DNA of 64,000 nucleotides from Bilabrum cf. latius (lineage: Eukaryota): NCBI GenBank assembly GCA_965178125.1, contig OZ237766.1, forward strand, positions 186,001 through 250,000. The letters are read 5' to 3'. Below are positions 1 through 13,200 of this stretch, in pieces. Positions within the stretch are counted from its first letter, which is position 1, and every line of letters starts with the position of its first letter. Both the position numbers and the translations under genes were made by a program. The notes beneath the pieces were generated by a model. The model was not told the DNA's origin, ran no database searches, and saw only the letters and a list, made by a program, of their open reading frames with translations.

Positions 1-340
1 GCTTGGGAGCGGGAGAGCTCCTGCTGCAGAGCTCGCTCGCGTGCTGCGCTAGCTGCGTGTGCTGCCATCAGCTTGGCTTCGTTCTCCTGGGCGCGGGAAG
101 CGTCGATGCCGTAGCCCATGGCCGCGGCTTGAGCCTCCCGCAGCTCCCTCGCGAGCTCATGGGCGTGGCCCGACTGAGCAGCTGCCTCTGCCACAAAGCG
201 GCGCTCGTGCTCGGCGGCGGCGCGAGCAGCAGCGGCGGCTGCAGCCTCGCCTACCCCATCGCCAGAGCTTCGAGCTCCGTCAATTGGTCCATGTGAGCCC
301 GCAAGATCGCCTGCAATAGCGCTACCACCTGCGCAACATG
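1..340 (-). CDS. Internal exon of an Ala/Glu-rich coiled-coil protein; the gene runs off the left edge and upstream exons are unresolved
   Basis: Open minus frame reads ...AAARAAAEHERRFVAEAAAQSGHAHELARELREAQAAAMG...QENEAKLMAAHAASAARERALQQELSRSQ to the window edge; heptad-like composition. No family recognised. Confidence 0.5.
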
Positions 341-1294
341 GGCCAGTTGCAGTGAACAGGTATGCGGTGTGAAGCTGTGGAACGGCTCAAATGCTTGCAC
401 AAAAGTGGCATTCATGAGATGGTATGGGGTTAACATATACAAGAGAGCTTGATTTGTACACATTGCTAAGTTATTGTACGTGGGACGGCCATGTTCACCC
501 ATTGTGCAGCAACATCGCTAGCATGTCACGCGCAGAAGTACCGTGCCGTGAAGCATGTGAAACATGCTAAGCAGTCACCCCAACGTGTTATCAATGATAC
601 ATACAACAATGTTTATATCATTGGAAGGAAGAAACATGATGAGCCACGGTTTCGCAGATATTCCAATGGCGTTCCCACGGGACACGACTGAAGCGATCCA
701 ACATTCAAGAGAGCTATGTAGTCAATAGCTTCCCGGCTTAAACCGCATAGACACACAACGAGTCTTACCACCACGACCTGCCACTGAATCCGCGGACCTT
801 CCTGCCATGTTTAGTACTGGAGCTGTGCGCAGAGATGCACAAGCTGCGATCCATTCACGAGCACCGCCCGGTCGCAACGTGAATATGACATATTTCGGAA
901 ATGTAATGAGCAATTTCAACCCTGATCGCGACGCAACGCGAGTGCTTCCTAACCACGCATTCCCACGATTGTATCCAACGACCCGTGAAATACCTTGCTT
1001 TTACAAGGGCTGTACCAAGTCGCGGTGGTCTGGCACTGCAATGCTTTGGGTGGTGGACAGGCGCAGCCGCTCCAGCGCATAGGCTGGATCATCAGCAGGA
1101 TTCAGCCGGCACACGTTCGGAGTTGCTTCTGCGATTGGATTGGCCAACAACGGGAATATCTTCTCTGAAGCAGGCTGCACGAACGTGCCGCCCGACAGAT
1201 TGGACAAGCGGTTGTAACCAGGAGGATCTGCCAGTTCCGGATTTTATAAAATGCGCAGAAGTCATAGATTGACTGACTAAAGTACAGGAATGCA

Positions 1295-4200
1295 ATGCCA
1301 GTGAAGCGCCCGAAGCGTATCACTTCAGCAGCTCGCGGTGGGCGGCGTCGCGCGGGGCCCTCATCTGCAAGCCGACATCCCCTTGCATCGCAAGTAGGCA
1401 CACAGGCAGTGTAGCAGTCGCACAGCCATGGTCATGAAGTGGACACGTAGAACACATAGAGCTCAAAAGGGATTAAGTTTTCAGGGCGTAGCCAGCAGGG
1501 TGTCTCGGATACTGCACGTATCAGCGAGGATGACGAGATGATCTTGTTGCAGGGACGCTTGGCATGCCTCTTAGACATAGGGCAACATTCCGCAGCCTAC
1601 AGCAACGAAGATCTAATGGTACACCCTGACGTATTTCCGGAAATCGTACCTGGCACTCTTGTGGGGCTAGTCAAACTAAATGCTGCCTCAACCCGGCATG
1701 CGGTGTCCCTGGCCGAGCCGACTGGCGCAAGCTCTGTCGAGCCGCAGGTGCCTCCATCCCTGCCGAAATCGGGCATGACGCGACATGCGTACACGAACAC
1801 ATTGGGCGGGACCTATTCAGCGGCAGATCGCGCAAAGAGCCCTCGCATGGGCCCCTCGGCCTCACCTGCAGCCTCGTCCTCCAAACGAGCACTGAAGGGC
1901 CTAGAATCTCTGGGGTTGCGAGGAGAACAGGCTGCCGGCGCCGCGCAAATACTGCGAACCTTGGAGATGCGGGGCATATCTGGAGGGTCCAGTGCAGCCG
2001 CGTGGAGGGAGCGAGCATAGGAGCACTTGCTCGCCCCCTCCTTCCACGATGATGCTCACTCCAACCGCAGCCCGGAAGGCGGAGACGGTGCAGTCAACGA
2101 AGGTGCAGAAGGAGGCGCGGATAGCCCCGAACACGAGACTGGTGCCCCGACTGACGGGGCGCTTGGCACTCGTCACACGGATCCTGCCTCGCTGGCCGTG
2201 CCCGCCCTGGCTGTTCGAGGTCTGTCACCCGCCGCCGCTGCCGCACTGGCGTGCGCCATGCCGGCAGGTGCATCGCATGGTAGTGCGCACTAGTCAGCGC
2301 ATGCCTCCCCCGTGATCGCCTATTTGCGCGCGGGTCGCCTGGGGGCAGGCCGCCGCAGCCGATCCTCCGCAACAGTGTCCAAATCGGTCGCTAGGGCGCT
2401 AGGGCTGGTCGAAGGGCACTCGTCACACGGTGGAGCCTCCCTTCTCAGGCCCAGCCGTCCGATCGGGAGACCGCCCGTGCATGGCAGCGCGTTCGGCGGT
2501 CCAGATGGTGGCATGCGCGGCGCCACGGCTGGGATGGAGCGTGGGGAGGGGTCCGAGCAGGGCGAGGACGAGGGGTGGGGCAGCCGTGTGATGCTATTCG
2601 TAGCCACACCGTCGGACGCAACGGCTGACCGTGCCACGGTTATCATCCGACAGCGGTATTTGAACCGGGAAGACATGCTGAGGGCGCGTGCCGCAGCCTC
2701 CGTGCACGTGGCAGTCCAAGGCAGGCAGCTCAAGGCACTCGCGGGCCAGGACCTCCAGGTACAGGAGCTCTGGAGGGGAGGCGCGCGGCTGCACAGTGGG
2801 CTCCTGGGGGACGGGACCCGGCTTGTGTTCCGCACGAGATGCGCTGACGTCAGGCTGCTGGTGCAGGTCAGTCGCGAGATGTGGGGATGGGAAGAGGGTC
2901 AGGGCCGGCTGATGCTGGAGCGGGCCGTGGAGGGGTTCTTGGCCGATTTGGTGGCGGGTTGGCAGGAGCTGGGTGCTCGCCATAGGGTGACCGTACTGCT
3001 GTTCTCCAGGGCGAGGGTAGACGTGGATCCAGTGGTGGTCAAACTGGCCAACCGCAGGCTGGCGCTGCTGGGGCGTTCAGCAGCAGGCAGTGTGGGCGGT
3101 TCAAGTGGTGATGGCATCACGAGCAGTAGCGGCAGCAGCAGCAGCAGCAGCGATGATCGCAGCGCCAGTGGCAGTCGAAGCAAAGATGAAGATGGGCTGG
3201 GTCGGTGTGACGACGAGGGCATCAATAGCGCAGGAACGACCCCGGAGGTTCCTGCAGCTCGACCAGATCAGGGGGCCATGCCCCAGCTCCCAGCCGCGCT
3301 CCGTAGAATCGACAGGCAGCTGGAACGCACAGAGGGTTTCAAGTTGTGGAGCCGTAGCGGGGTGTACGACGATATTTTCGAAGGAAAGCGCGCGCTGTTC
3401 GTGGGGAAGGACGGGTGCGTGTACGAGGACTTCTACCACACGCTGTGCGAGCAGCAGACGTTTCCTGACTGGCGCCAGCTGCTGGGGCCGGTGATGGCCG
3501 CCATCTTGGACATGCCGCGTAAGGCAGGGTGGGGGATTGGGCCGGCGTGGCAGAGGCTCAGGGGGCTGGAGCGAGGGGAAAGGGGGGCAGGTGACATGGT
3601 CGGCGCACCGACAGCCGCGAGTGAGCAAGGCACCCCAGCAGGAAATGCAGCAGAGGCGCGAGCAGGGACCGAAGGCAGAGCATGCAGCAATGAACCTTTG
3701 CTGCCATCATTGCCTTCCTATCCATACTCAGGAGCAGTCCTCCCCTGCCTTGCTATGCAGGGAAACTTCCTGTAGGCCATCAACTTGTGCTTGAACTCCT
3801 TCGAGACTCATTTCCTGCGGAGAGAATTCGAGCACACGGGGCAGTTCATTGCGTGCGTGTCTGCGGGTCAGGGCGCATTTGCCGTTGACACCGAGCTGGC
3901 ACGGCTTACCAAGCTGAGGATGATGGACAATGGGATTGGCTGCGACTTGGTGTGCCTCTCAAAGCCGCCGCTGCACAACACACCCATATTCATCCATCCG
4001 CAGACAGGCAGCAAGGGACAGGCCTGCGCAGGCGCTGCTTCGAAGAAAATGAGCAAGGCAAAGGACCGAGCAACAGCTCACGCTTCTGCTCGGGCGCAGC
4101 CCAAGTCCAGCGCCCGCCCCCCCTCGTCCCGCTTCTCTATGCCCTACTGGATGCATTGCAGCTTCTACCAGGAGGCTGCACCGGGGGAACTGCCAGCGTG

Positions 4201-7200
4201 GGCGCAGGCAGCCGGCATCGACAGAGATGTGTTTGGTGTGGGGAGGGCAGGCCCGGGGGCTGGCCTCTCCTCTGCAGCACCCTCGCGGGCTCGCTCCATG
4301 CAGCCACCGGGCGGCGGAAGGCGGCAGTCGAGCGGGATGATCACAGAGGCGGGAGGTGCGAGCGGTGCAGTGAGAGAAAGCGGTCCTGCCTTGGATCTAG
4401 GGCTGGCCCCGCTGCTGCCAGCCAGGGATGGCGTGGTACCCATCCTCCCAGCGCTGAGGCAAGCTGCGATGCATGGACTCTCAGCCATTGATATGCCCGG
4501 TGGTGCTACTGGTGCTGGTGCTGGTGCTAGTGGGCTTGGGTCGCAGCACCCGTGGGCCCTTGCTACCACGCTGGGCAGAGGGCCAAGCACGGACATCGAC
4601 CGACTGCTGTCCATGTATCTGCCCCGACTAGCCCCGGGAGGCACTGAGGTGCCTTGGGCGCTCCTTGGTCAGTTGAAACTGGAGCGGCTGGTGAGCGTGC
4701 TGCCGATGCCGCACGGGCTAGGTACATCCAGAGTGACCGGTGATAGCGCGGGGTTGATCGAAGACGAAGTAGCCCAAGCAGGCAAGGATGCGGCCCCAGG
4801 TGACATTGAAGTCGATGGCAGCGGCTGGGCCGCATCTCCTCGACTAGGGCGGTGGCACGGCCGGGGCATCTCGAGCGCATCACGAGCTGGGTCCAGTGAT
4901 GGGCAGGCCAAGCCTCGCGCTGATGCACCCTCTATTTCGCTCGGGGATGCGATGCGCCGCGCTCGCGTCAAGATCGCTGGCTTGACCCCCTTCAGGGTCG
5001 TTGATCTGGAGAGATCAAGCGTTGTGGCAACAGCCAGCAAGGCGGGAACTGCGGTGGCGCCTGCCTCGGCTGCAGTAGGGGCTACCCCCCGTGCTGCCGG
5101 AGTGGCATTGGAGCCAGGCAGGGCCCAAGCGGCGGTACGCGGAGAGGCGCAGGCCGCCATTGGAGGGACTTCCTCCAGCCTGCTGGCCCCCACGTCTTTG
5201 CCCGCCGGTTTCCCTGGCTCCATTGCAGCGGGAGCGGCAGCCAGGGTCGCGGCCGGGGGTCGGCCTGTGGGAACTGGCCGGCTCAGCCCGCCCCCAGCGT
5301 CAGAAAGGTCAGCAAGTGCGGCCACATGCCCCACTCAATCTAGTGTGACGAGTGCCACCAACGCCCCTGTACTTGGCGCATCTGAAGCCCTCCCGACTAG
5401 GCAGGTGTCGCCCATGGTGCTGCCTCCCGCGGAGGCGCTTGGCCTGGGCCTTGGGGAGGATGCAAGCGGCAGGATGATGTCCGCAGCCAGTGCAGCCAGT
5501 GCCACGGAGGAGCCTGCAGAGGTGCGCAGAACAGTCCCGGCAGGTCAAGGTGCAGAGCCTGCTGATAAGAGGTCTGGTGCCTGTGCTCAAGCGCAGCATG
5601 TCGGCTCCGGTGTCGCGGCCTCACAGCGCACGGCGGGCGCTGGTCGTATTCAAACGTTCGCACGCAACACCCATTCGCTCGAGCTGCGTGCCACCGTGAT
5701 CGGCACACAGGCAATGCTGACGGGGCTCGTTGATGACGAGGGTGATGCCGAGCATGGCGTGGGTGAAGAAGACGAAGACGAGGACGGCGACGGCGAAGGC
5801 GAAGGCGAGGGGCTGGCTGGTACCCGGTCCACAGCCACGACTGCGGAGATGGCGAAGAAACAGGGCAGCAGCGAACGGAAGGATGGAATCATCGGAGGCG
5901 ATGCATACGCTGCAGATAGTCTGAATAGTGAAAATAGTGAGCTTGCTGTTGGTACTGGGCCTGGACCTGCCGATGGGCGTGCAGTGTCCGGGTCAGGTGG
6001 ACCTGGGCTCGGCAAGGGTGGTGTGAGCACCACGGCAGGTGGCAGCAGCGGTCCAGGGTAGTAGCCGGGGGTTGTGACAGGGGCGCGTACGGAGGAACGG
6101 GGTGCATGGGGACGAGAGGGTGCATCGCACGGCCGTGACGCGGCGGCGGATGCAGTGGCAAGGCGAAGGAGAGAGGACGGCAGGACGCCGCACCTGGGAC
6201 CCTTGGGCAGTGACGCAGACACTCGTCACACCCAAGACGCCAAACACGAGAAGCACGCTCTCCTGCCGAGCCATGGGGCCGGCGGCCGCGGTTCCGAGCA
6301 TGCAGCTGTCGGCCAGTCTCCTCCCAGCGGAGGCGTTGCTCCCATCACGCCGAAGAGTGACTCCACCTGGAGATCTGGGTCAGGGTCAGGCTCGCAGCGC
6401 ACTCGTCACAGCATGGGCAAAGGCAGTGCATTGGGGCGGAGGCGCAGGCGCACAAGGGCGCGAGTGGCGGTTCCGGTGGCGCATTTATGGCTCCGAACGC
6501 CCCAAGGAGTCCCTGTGTGCGCGGTGTCTCTCGAAATGGCGCTCCATATGCTGGCACAGCTGCGGGTGTCCTTCAGCGGCAAAGGAACCGGCAGCCACGG
6601 GGTGGTCGCTGGTGCTAGTGCTGGGGCTGGGGCTGGGGCTGGGTTTTGGGGCGCTGGGTCGCACGGTTCTCTGGATAGCCGATTCATGGTCGGCAGGATT
6701 GGGGATGCTTTGCGCGGCGCCGTTGTTCCGCTGGCCTCTGTCTCCGGGCTTGGGTCGAGCGGTGTGCTTGGCGGGCACAGCTCGTCCGGCACCGAGGCCG
6801 GGGCCGACAACAGCAGCGCCGGGGAGGGCGTCGGGTTGGGCCTGGGGCTTGGCATTGGGCTTGGGATCGGGATGGGGGCGGCGTCTGCTACCAGCACTTG
6901 GGGAGATGCGGAAGGGGCCAGCAGGAGCAGCGACTCTGCAGCAGCACAGCAGCAACAAGAAGGCAGCTCCGTTGACACGCATGTGCGACATGCAGCGGGA
7001 GCAGGGGCCGATGGAGGAGGAGGACGAGAAGGAGAAGGAAAAGGAGCGCACGCTGGCGATGGTGGTCTAGATGATTCACCCCACCTGGATGCCGATAGCT
7101 CTAACAAGGTCGGTACAGGTCTGAATGCCGAGGACGGCGCGATGCACCGGCACGCTTCCGAATCTGACAAGGCCAAGCGGACTGCCGCCGTACCCACTGG

Positions 7201-10200
7201 GGCGCACCAGGCAGTGATCGACGCAGTGGACCGATCTGTGTCATCCCCGGGGCCACGGGGCATGCACGGGTCTGCAAGCATGTCTTCTCTGCCATCCGCG
7301 CTGGTACCCGGTTGGAGTGGCGGAAGCGGGGCCAGGGGCCGCGGCGCCCATCGCGGGAGGGGTGCAAGGCCTAGGGGCAGGGGCGTGCTTCGAGTCACCA
7401 GCAGCAGCAGCCGAGGCCGAGCCACCGCGAGGCGGACCCCAGGTGGGAGCGTTCTGCCTGCACGATCCGTTGGGTTCCATGACCATGGCGGCGGTGGAGA
7501 AGACAGCACCCAGGATCGAACGGCCGCTAGCAGTGGCAGCAGCACGAACGGCGATCTCTCCGGGCCTAGTGCGGCGTCAGGCAGCCAAGGAGGCAGCTCC
7601 GGTGCGCGTGACATCAGCGGCGGGCTGAACGCAGATAGTAAGCCGGGCGACCGTGCAGCGGGCTCGCTGCCTGGCGCTGGCGCTGGTGCGGCCGATCTGG
7701 ATCTAGTGCGGCCGCTGACAGGGGGTCGGCAGCGAGCGAGCAGCGCGGGTTATGCTGGTCTGAGCAAGGTAGGCATGAGGAGAGGTATAGGAAGTGGCGG
7801 GACTCCCAGGTCCAGATCCAGTTCAAGGGGAGGGGTGAGGGGGTGGGTGCCCAGGCGGCGCCGCGCCGGAAGTCGACTCTCGGTCAGCTCTGGCGGGTCT
7901 GCCGGGCCTGCCCGCCTCATGTCCAGCGGAGGCGTGGGCGCCCCGCAGCTCTTCGGGGAGTCCCGGCTGGCCATGCTGCAGGGGAGGGTGCGGGAGGGTC
8001 TGCAGGCTGTGGCGGTGGACGGCGTGCTGGTGGCGGTCGACCGCGGAGAGCCATGGGTGGATTTCACGGTGGGGGGTGGCGGCGGTGTGACGAGTGGCGA
8101 CGAGGCCGGCGGTGCGGTGATCGAGAGGGGTGCCGGGTCCGTTGGGGCGCTGCTTCGGTTTGAGCACTGGGCGGTGCGCGGCGCCGTCGGTTCCGCTGAA
8201 ATGTACTGCGTGCGGGACTTGCTGGCGGGCGGCGTGGGTGCTCCAAGAGAGGTTGCCGTGGTGCTGGACGAGCACGGCACCGGTGGAGCACACGACGAGG
8301 AGGAGGATCGCGACGGTGGAGAGCAAAACGAGGGCGAGGAGCCGGATGCGAGCCACGCCGCCAAGAAGCTGGGCTCGCCGGCTGGTGGTCACGGCGAGGC
8401 GGATGGCACCGTCGCACTTGGGGTGGCGCGGGTGCTGGCCGGGCTGACCCTGGTTCAAGTTCCGGTTTGGTCGCAGGCAGATGCCCCCCCGCGCGTCGCG
8501 GGTCTTTCTGTGAGTGACAGGGCGCCGTTTGTGGCCCGGTTGGGGTTTGCCGACAGCCCTGCAGGTGGGTTTGGCAGGGCCGGGCCGAGGGTTGGACTGC
8601 CCGTAAACGGCGGCTGGATGCGGGGCACTGTGGATGGAGAAAGGTCCACCCCTGCCGGTAAAGCGAGTTGGTCCACAGCACTGCGGCTGCTTCGCCACTC
8701 GGTTCGGTCAACCAGAAAGGCAGCCGACCTTGCATCGCGCCACGTGGGCGGGGTGCTTCAGACTGGCAGTGAAGAGGCCGGTGACTTGCAGCTCGCGGTG
8801 TAGCAATCCCATAGCAGCCGATATCAGCAGCATGGTGCGGTGGTTGCCTCCCGCTGGGCAGAGGAGTCAGGCATAGGGGTGTAGGATAGAGACAAAACAA
8901 CAGATTCCCGACACAGACACACTGGTGGTCCGGCCACCGCCATCGACAGGACCATGCGGCAGGAGCTGATGCTCGGGGCCAGGGAACACATTTTGGACGA
9001 GGCGCGGGTGCCCGGGGAGGTTCATGTCGCAACCATTGCGCGCGCGTCCGACCGTATGTTCCCATCCTGCGTGTATGCAAGCGGCGGTGCGACCGGCAAA
9101 GAAGCAGATGGCATCGGCTCCAGAGATACTCGATTGCTGCAACGTCTCGGAGACGAGTCAATCTTCCGGCCAAGGATTTAGGGCCTACGGAATCTTCGGA
9201 ATCCCAATGTTGTCCTGCTAGAGACGGTGGGAGTTCTGCTGGCCGAGGGAGCAGGCGTGCGGCGCGTCTCGAAGTCTGCGCTGCAGCAGCAGCTGGCTCA
9301 TCAGGGTTAGGGCCTCGGAGATGCAAGCCACTCGGAGCACAGAGGTGTCTCTAGTATCAGGTCCGGACACGACGTGGCTTCCCTTCGTATCCGTGTGACA
9401 GGGGCCGGTCACGGCCGCCAGCACGAAGATGCCAAGGGGCCGGCGCATGGGCACGAGCCGTGTCCTCCCACCCAGGGACAGTTGGACCGCAGAGAGAGGG
9501 TTCTGTCGGAGCCAGCCCTATCCCAGAGGAGCAGGTACGATACAGAGTCGCAGCCTGGATCTCGGGGTTCTGATTCCGAGTCCCGCGGGGACCTGACCCC
9601 CACCGCCCCCCCACTGCAGTCGAAGGATGGCGCTGGCGTCGCTTCCACAGGACGTGAGGGGGCCAGCAGGAGAAGCCAGGTAGATAGCCACTCGGTCAGC
9701 GGTCGGTCCACCGGTGGATCGGAGTCGAGGCGTGGAGTGTCCCGGTGGCGCGGGCGGGCAGACAGCACCGGATCTGGGAGTGCGGTGGGACTGCCAGTGG
9801 ACGGGCCAGCTGGCCGCAGCGGCGCGCAGTCGCAGTCTGTGCCGCACTCGCCTACGTCTGTTCGGGATGAAAAGGACGATGTCGCACTCAAAGGGAATGC
9901 GCAGCATGGTGCCATCGGAGGTATACGCGCAGAGGCAGGGGGTCGAGGATCGATGGCTATGCTTGGATCTGGGCCGCATGACAGTAGCAGTGGCCGCAAC
10001 AGCAGCACCGGCAGTGGTGGTGGTGGTGGTGGTGGTGGTGGTGGGGTAGCAAGCTCGCAGGTCATGGCTCGCCGCGGCATACAGGTACAGGGTACTCGGC
10101 ACTCCTACCCAAGATCACCACTGGCCAAACCCGTCCAAGTTCCGGGGTCTCAGTCTGGCAGGTGGCCTAACACGGCTAGTCGAGTCGCGGCAACTGCATC

Positions 10201-13200
10201 TGACCTGCAGGGGCTTGAGCGTGGGCCGGCGTACGGATCAGCGGGGTCGGGATCGCTTCCCAATTCTTCATCTTTTAGTGGCGTGGGTCTTGTCCGTGGT
10301 ATGGGCATGGGTGCCGTGCAAAGGCAAGGGGTCAGCCTCAGTGGGTCGGACCTAGGACGAAACGCCTGGGGCACCCTCGGCTCTTAGCTGCCGAGCGTAG
10401 TGGAAGAGGTTGCAACCGGCGCTGAGGACCCGCAGCGGGAAGACTCAGCGCAGCCTTCCGGCTCCGGATCCGCGCCTCGTCTCCGGGAGAGATCAAGCTC
10501 AACACCAGGCAGGAGCAGGAGCAGGAGCAGGAGCAGGGCATCCGACAGTGCCAGCACATCCCCCGTCGACAGCGGCTTCGGTTCCCCTGCCACGCTGGCG
10601 GTTGCAACCGATCGTGCGGGAGACGAGGGGGGCACCTCAACGGCCCCCGTTCCCATCCGAGGCGCGGGGGAGCCGGGCAGCCGCCGCAGCAGCCTAACCA
10701 TGGAGCCTCCCAGGGAACAAGGAGGATCCTCAAGGAGCTCTCCTCTGCATGAAGGCCCGCTGCCTCCCGAGGCCATCTCGATGGTGAAGCTCGAGCCGGC
10801 CGTGCCTGCATAGTCTAATCATAATGTTGCAGCGAGGCATGGACAGCTGCCTACCAGTGCTGTGCCCGTCCTGGCAAACTCCAGATCCATCGTCGTACAG
10901 GCGGATGGCGGGAACCAGCAACAGGACGACGATACCGTCGTCATGTCGCTGCCTCCTCCACCCGGGCCTGGGGCCATGTCCAGCAGCTTACCCAGCTCGC
11001 CCGTGTCCGGGCTGCGACAGAGTAGGCATACGAGCCAGTCTAGGTCCAGGCCAGAGTCACCAGTGTAGTCAGCTGATCTGCAGGGAGCTGGCAGGCAGGG
11101 GTAGGGCGACAGCCTGGCTGGCCCAAGCTCAACGGTACTATCCTCAATGCGGGCCCAGAACTAGAGCTAGCAGGGCCAGACGCCATCCCACGTCCAGGGC
11201 AGCCACCAAGCCTCAGAACTGAATACGGTGAAGCTTGCCGCACGGGACGCAGCTGCAGACTCTCTCTCGAGGTCGCATGATCCGAGTGGTGCTGACGCGC
11301 ACTCATCACACCAGTAGGTGCTCCACCCCATGGAGCCGCCCCCCATGACACTCGGCGTGTCAGCCTCCTCTTCTGCCGCATCGTCAACTAGTGGCCACCT
11401 GTCTCAGGATCCCAAGCAGCCGGCAAAACAGCGGCTTCAGCACCAGCCCCCTGTGGGACAGACAGCTTCGCTACATGAACCTGGGCCCGGCAGCACACAG
11501 CCTGCAGCATTTAGTGATCAAAGGACACAACATGCAAGTGCAGCTCCGGCTCCGGCCCAGGGCACGGCTCAGGCTCCGAGCCGACCTGCACATGCAGCCC
11601 ATGCATCGCAGCCAGCCCCCACCCCCAAGCCGGCGCACGGCAGGCTGAACTGGAGGGGCATCAACCCATTCCGTCGCAGGGCAGATTTCGACACGGCCGT
11701 GTCAGGCAACCGTAGCCGCTGGCAGCACATCTTCCCCGCCCTGACGTTTGCTGCGACGGCTGAAGGCTGGGAGGCAGCGGACGCCGCCGGGCCCGCACTC
11801 GCCGCTGCCATGGCTTCTTCCAAGGGGGACGGCTGGGCCAGGCTAAACGAAGCCCTGGAGAGGGGCGAGGGTGACGCGCTGGGCATGCTGGCGGGGGATG
11901 GCGCCGCGCGGACTGCGGAACCGGCTCGGCTGCTCGGTTCGTTCAAGCCGAACTGGCCCGGACTTCTGTAGCCAGCCGTGCTGCCGCTCACCACTGGGTA
12001 CATGCCCACCCCTCAGCAAATCGATTCCGAGTTCGCCATGCACACGTACTCCGTTACGCTACCGAGGAGCATCCTTCGTCTCGAGGACGACGAGGAGATG
12101 GAGGGCGCGGGGGATTGGCAGCGGCTGGGACAGGGAGACGGCCTGCAGGACAGTAGCAGGGCAGGCGTCCCGGCCCCGGTCGCAACCTCGGATCGTGCCT
12201 CCAGGGAACAACAGCGGCTCAGTGGGGCGGTACAGGCGGTGACCGCGTTTCTAGAGATGGTGGGGCAGCGCCTCATGCACGAATACCAGCTCGTCGTTGT
12301 TCCCCAGGGAACACAATCCCCATCCCAAAGTGGTGCTGGCAGCGCGGGGGCTGCTCGTGGCCACCGCGAGAGTGGTGGGACTTGGTCCCAGGGGGAACAC
12401 CTGGCCCAGCGGTCCCGCGGCACAACGGTCCGACAGGCGGTGCTTCGGGAGGTGCGCGTGGCTCTTCAGGCCCTGGGCGTGTCTGGCACTTGGGGCGGGC
12501 TGGGGGCAGGGGCGATGGGCGGGGGGGTGGCCCGGCGGCAGGTGGCCGGCTCGTCGATCCTGGGTGGGATCGATAGCGCGACATTGCGCGGCGCCGGCGG
12601 AGTCGGTTCCGCAGGGTCAGGTCCCGGGGCAGCGGGCCACGACACCGTCACGGTTCGCGCCACCCTGGGAACGTCCATCCACGTGCTGACCCTGGACCTG
12701 GGCCAGGCCACGGTGAGGGTGGCGCTGCACACGCGGGTGGCAAAAGCACGACCAAGCCGGCCAGCGCAGCAGCGGAACGGTGCTTCGGCCGCGGGGCAGC
12801 ATGGAGTATCGAGAGATCTGATTGGCGACGCTTCTGACGCGCGGTCGCAAATATCTGCGACCAGCCGGGACAGGCACTTGCTTCGCCAGGGTGGTCGCAG
12901 GGGCTCCAGCAGCAGCGCTTGGGGAGCGCAGTCTGTGGGGGGCCGCAGCAGCCATGGACCCGGAGCCGATGCAGGCGGCGAGCCTGCCAGGCGGTACGGC
13001 AGGCGCGGGTCCCTGCTGGCAGCGCAGCAGTCACCCGGCAGGTCCACGGTGGTGGACTATGGGCTCTCTGGGCGGGACCAGGACGGTGGCGGCGGCGGCG
13101 GCCGGGAAAGCTCGCAGTCGCTGGTCGTGAGAGGGAGTGTGACGAGTGCGGGGGCTGGGGTAGGTGCCGGTGTGCCCATCCCCAGGCAGGGATCGCAACC